From: Squalus acanthias
Taxonomy: Eukaryota
NCBI GenBank assembly: GCA_030390025.1
Contig: JASTWF010000035.1
Location: 372,001-436,000, forward strand
DNA: 64,000 nt
Reading direction: 5' to 3'
The notes under the pieces were generated by a model that saw only the letters and a list, made by a program, of their open reading frames with translations, was not told the DNA's origin and did no database searches. Of the stretch, positions 60,578 through 64,000 are shown one piece after another. The first letter of the stretch is position 1. Every line of letters begins with the position of its first letter. Made by a program: the position numbers and the translations under genes.

Positions 60578-61692
60578 GTAAGAGTCTGCAGCAGTTTGGC
60601 TCAGTCAGTAACACTCCCCCTCCCTCCGAATCAGAAGGTCACGGGCTCAAGCCCCACTCGAGAGCTTCAGCCCCATAATCCAGGCTGACCTTTCAGTGCA
60701 GTACGGAGGGAGTGCTGCACTGGCAGAGGTGCCGTCTTTCGGATGAGACGTTAAACCGATGCCCTGTCGCTGGTTCAGGTGGGTGTTAAAGATCCCATGA
60801 CAATATTGGATGAAGAGCAGGGCCAACAATCTCCCCTCAATAAAAACCTTCAAATGCCTGGCATTAAACTCAACAGAACGTATCTCAGCGTTTGGAAACG
60901 AAAGCTGTGATGAAATTTCCCTTGTCTGTGCCTGCCCAGACCTGTGCAAAACTCAATCTGCTGGATCAGTTACTGGGCAACAAGTCTGAAGCATTCTCCA
61001 GGGTGCACAGACTGGAAAATTCATTATAATACAAAATTCAAAAGCCTTTGGAATACTGAAAGTGCTATAGATGTAAAGGAGGAGGTTTACCAGGATGTTA
61101 CCAGGGATCAGGGACTTCAGTTATGAGGAGAGGTTGGAAAGGTTTGGACTGTTCTCCTTGGAACAGAGAAGGTCAAGAGGTGACCTGATCGAGGTTTTTC
61201 AAGATGTTGACAGTTTTTGAGAGAGTAAATAGAGAAAAACTATTCCCTCTGGCAAGTAGGTCAATAACCAGAGGTCCTAGATTCAACATCATTGGCAAAA
61301 GATCGAGAGGGAGATGAGGAGAAATGTTTTCACTCGGAGAGTTATTGGGATCTGGAACGCTCGACCTGAAAAGGTGGTGGAAGCTGATTCCATCAATAAT
61401 TTTAAAGGGGAGTTGGACGGGTTCTTGAGGATGAGGAACTTACAGGGTTCCAGACAAAATGCGGGGTTGTGGGACTAAGCACGACGTCTCTTTCACAGAG
61501 CCAGCACAGGCACGACGGGCCGAAGGGTTTCCTCCTGTGCTGTAAGTTTCAATGATTCTATGATAAAGAAAGACTTACATAAGAACATAAGAAATAGGAG
61601 CAGGAGTCGGCCATTCGACCCCTCGAGCCTGCTCCGCCATTCAATGAGATCATGGCTGATCCGATTTTGCCCTCAACTCCACTTTCCTGTCC

Positions 61693-63860
61693 GAGGGATG
61701 TTGTAAGGAGAGAGGGAGGGGAGGATGTTGTAAAGAGAGAGAGCGAGGGAGGGATGTTGTAAAGGGAGAGAGAGAGGGAGGGATGTTGTAAAGAGAGACG
61801 GAGGGATGTTGTAAAGAGAGAGAGAGAGGGAGGGATGTTGTAAAGAGAGACGGAGGGATGTTGTAAAGAGAGAGAGAGGGAGGGATGTTGTAAAGAGAGA
61901 GAGGGAGGGATGTTGTAAGGAGAGAGGGAGGGATGTTGTAAGGAGAGAGGGAGGGGAGGATGTTGTAAGAGAGAGAGGGAGGGATGTTGTAAGGAGAGAG
62001 GGAGGGATGTTGTAAGGAGAGAGGGATGTTGTAAAGGAGAGAGGGAGGGAGGGATGTTGTAAAGAGAGAGAGGGAGGGGAGGTTGTTGTAAACAGAGAGA
62101 GGGAGGGATGTTGTAAAGAGAGAGAGGGAGGGATGTTGTAAAGGAAAGAGAGGGGGAGGGATGTTGTAAAGGAGAGAGGGAGGGAGGGATGTTGTAAAGG
62201 AGAGAGGGAGGGAGGGATGTTGTAAAGGAGAGAGAGGGGGAGGGATGTTGTAAAGGAGAGAGAGAGAGGGATGTTGTAAAGGAGAGAGAGGGAGGGATGG
62301 TGTAAAGGAGAGAGGGAGGCATGCATAGGAGAGAGAGAGGGAGGGATGTTGTAAGGAGAGAGAGAGAGGGAGGGATGTAGAGAGAGAGAGGGAGGGATGT
62401 TGTAAAGGAGAGAGAGAGAGAGGGATGTTGTAAAGGAGAGAGAGGGAGGGATGTTGTAGAGAGAGAGAGAGAGGGATGTTGTAAAGGAGAGAGAGAGAGG
62501 GATGTTGTAAAGGAGAGAGAGAGGGATGTTGTAAAGGAGAGAGAGAGAGAGGGATGTAAAGGAGAGAGAGAGAGGGATGTTGTAAAGGAGAGAGAGAGAG
62601 GGATGTTGTAAAGGAGAGAGAGAGGGATGTTGTAAAGGAGAGAGGGAGGAATGTTCTAAAGGAGAGAGAGAGGGATGTTGTAAAGGAGAGAGAGAGAGGG
62701 GGATGTTGTAAAGAAGAGAGAGAGGGATGTTGTAAAGGAGAGAGAGAGAAGGATGTTGTAAAGGAGAGAGAGAGAGAGAGGGATGTTGTAAAGGAGAGAG
62801 AGGGATGTTCTAAAGGAGAGAGAGAGAGAGAGGGATGTTGTAAAGGAGAGAGAGAGAGAGGGATGTTGTAAAGGAGAGAGAGAGAGAGGGATGTTGTAAA
62901 GAAGAGAGAGAGGGATGTTGTAAAGGAGAGAGAGGGATGTTGTAAAGGAGAGAGGGAGGAATGTTCTAAAGGAGAGAGAGAGGGATGTTGTAAAGGAGAG
63001 AGAGAGAGAGGGATGTTGTAAAGGAGAGAGAGAGAGGGATGTTGTAAAGGAGAGAGAGAGAGAGGGATGTTGTAAAGGAGAGAGAGAGAGAGAGGGATGT
63101 TGTAAAGGAGAGAGAGAGAGAGGGATGTTGTAAAGGAGAGAGAGAGAGAGGGATGTTGTAAAGAAGAGAGAGAGGGATGTTGTAAAGGAGAGAGAGGGAT
63201 TTTGTAAAGGAGAGAGAGGGATGTTGTAAAGGAGAGAGAGAGAGAGGGATGTTGTAAAGGAGAGAGAGAGAGAGAGAGGGATGTTGTAAAGGAGAGAGAG
63301 AGGGATGTTGTAAAGGAGAGAGAGAGAGAGGGATGTTGTAAAGGAGAGAGAGAGAGAGGGATGTTGTAAAGGAGAGAGAGGGATGTTGTAAAGGAGAGAG
63401 AGAGAGAGAGGGATGTTGTAAAGGAGAGAGAGAGAGGGATGTTGTAAAGGAGAGAGAGAGAGGGATGTTGTAAAGGAGAGAGAGGGATGTTGTAAAGGAG
63501 AGAGAGAGGGATGTTGTAAAGGAGAGAGAGAGAGGGATGTTGTAAAGGAGAGAGAGAGAGGGATGTTGTAAAGGAGAGAGAGAGGGATGTTGTAAAGGAG
63601 AGAGAGAGAGGGATGTTGTAAAGGAGAGAGAGAGGGATGTTGTAAAGGAGAGAGAGAGAGGGATGTTGTAAAGGAGAGAGAGAGAGAGGGATGTTGTAAA
63701 GGAGAGAGAGAGGGATGTTGTAAAGGAGAGAGAGAGAGGGATGTTGTAAAGGAGAGAGAGAGGGATGTTGTAAAGGAGAGAGAGAGAGGGGATGTTGTAA
63801 AGGAGAGAGAGAGAGGGGGATGTTGTAAAGAGAGAGAGAGAGAGGGATGTTGTAAAGGAG
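61693..63860. repeat. Same GGATGTTGTAAAG(GA)n minisatellite in copy 2, expanded
   Basis: Same unit and same 3' flank (GAGTCCCCCCTCATAGAATC) as 17602-18660. Confidence 0.95.
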
Positions 63861-64000
63861 GAGTCCCCCCTCATAGAATCATTAGTACAGCACAGGAGGC
63901 CATTCGGCCCATCGAGTCTGCGCCGGCTCTTTCGAAGAGCAATCCAGTCAGTCCCACTCCCGCTCTTTCCCCATATCCCTGCAGTTTTTTCTCCTTCCAG

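Noticed and set aside
61558..63874. Minus-strand Ser/Leu/Pro-rich ORFs (also 17516-18674)
   Set aside because: Translations of the GGATGTTGTAAAG(GA)n minisatellite.

Overview
Repeat-rich vertebrate genomic DNA, most likely from a shark or other cartilaginous fish (HE1-like V-SINE, DeuSINE and elasmobranch-type CR1 LINEs). One complete six-exon host gene on the + strand (13518-49756; 337 aa) encodes an RDH11/12/DHRS13-like short-chain dehydrogenase. A near-identical tandem paralogue starts at 60400 and runs off the window. The rest is nested mobile DNA and minisatellites: several CR1 subfamilies, a second CR1/L2-group LINE, Penelope-like elements with hammerhead ribozyme cores, a fragmented Mag-type Gypsy element and Harbinger-like elements. 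Two observations stand out. (1) Intron 4 holds an antisense retrovirus-like provirus remnant (~35200-43000). It has a dual RNase H pol (degenerate tether plus active RNase HI), an integrase, and an intact 783-aa envelope. The envelope looks like a paramyxovirus-F-type (lokiretrovirus-like) fusogen with an N-terminal Ig-like domain, not a standard retroviral SU/TM. (2) Three divergent CR1 copies carry a T_TTA_AAC slippery heptamer directly before the ORF1 stop, with ORF2 in the -1 frame, which suggests programmed -1 ribosomal frameshifting. All family assignments come from motif recognition, not database searches; repeat boundaries are approximate.
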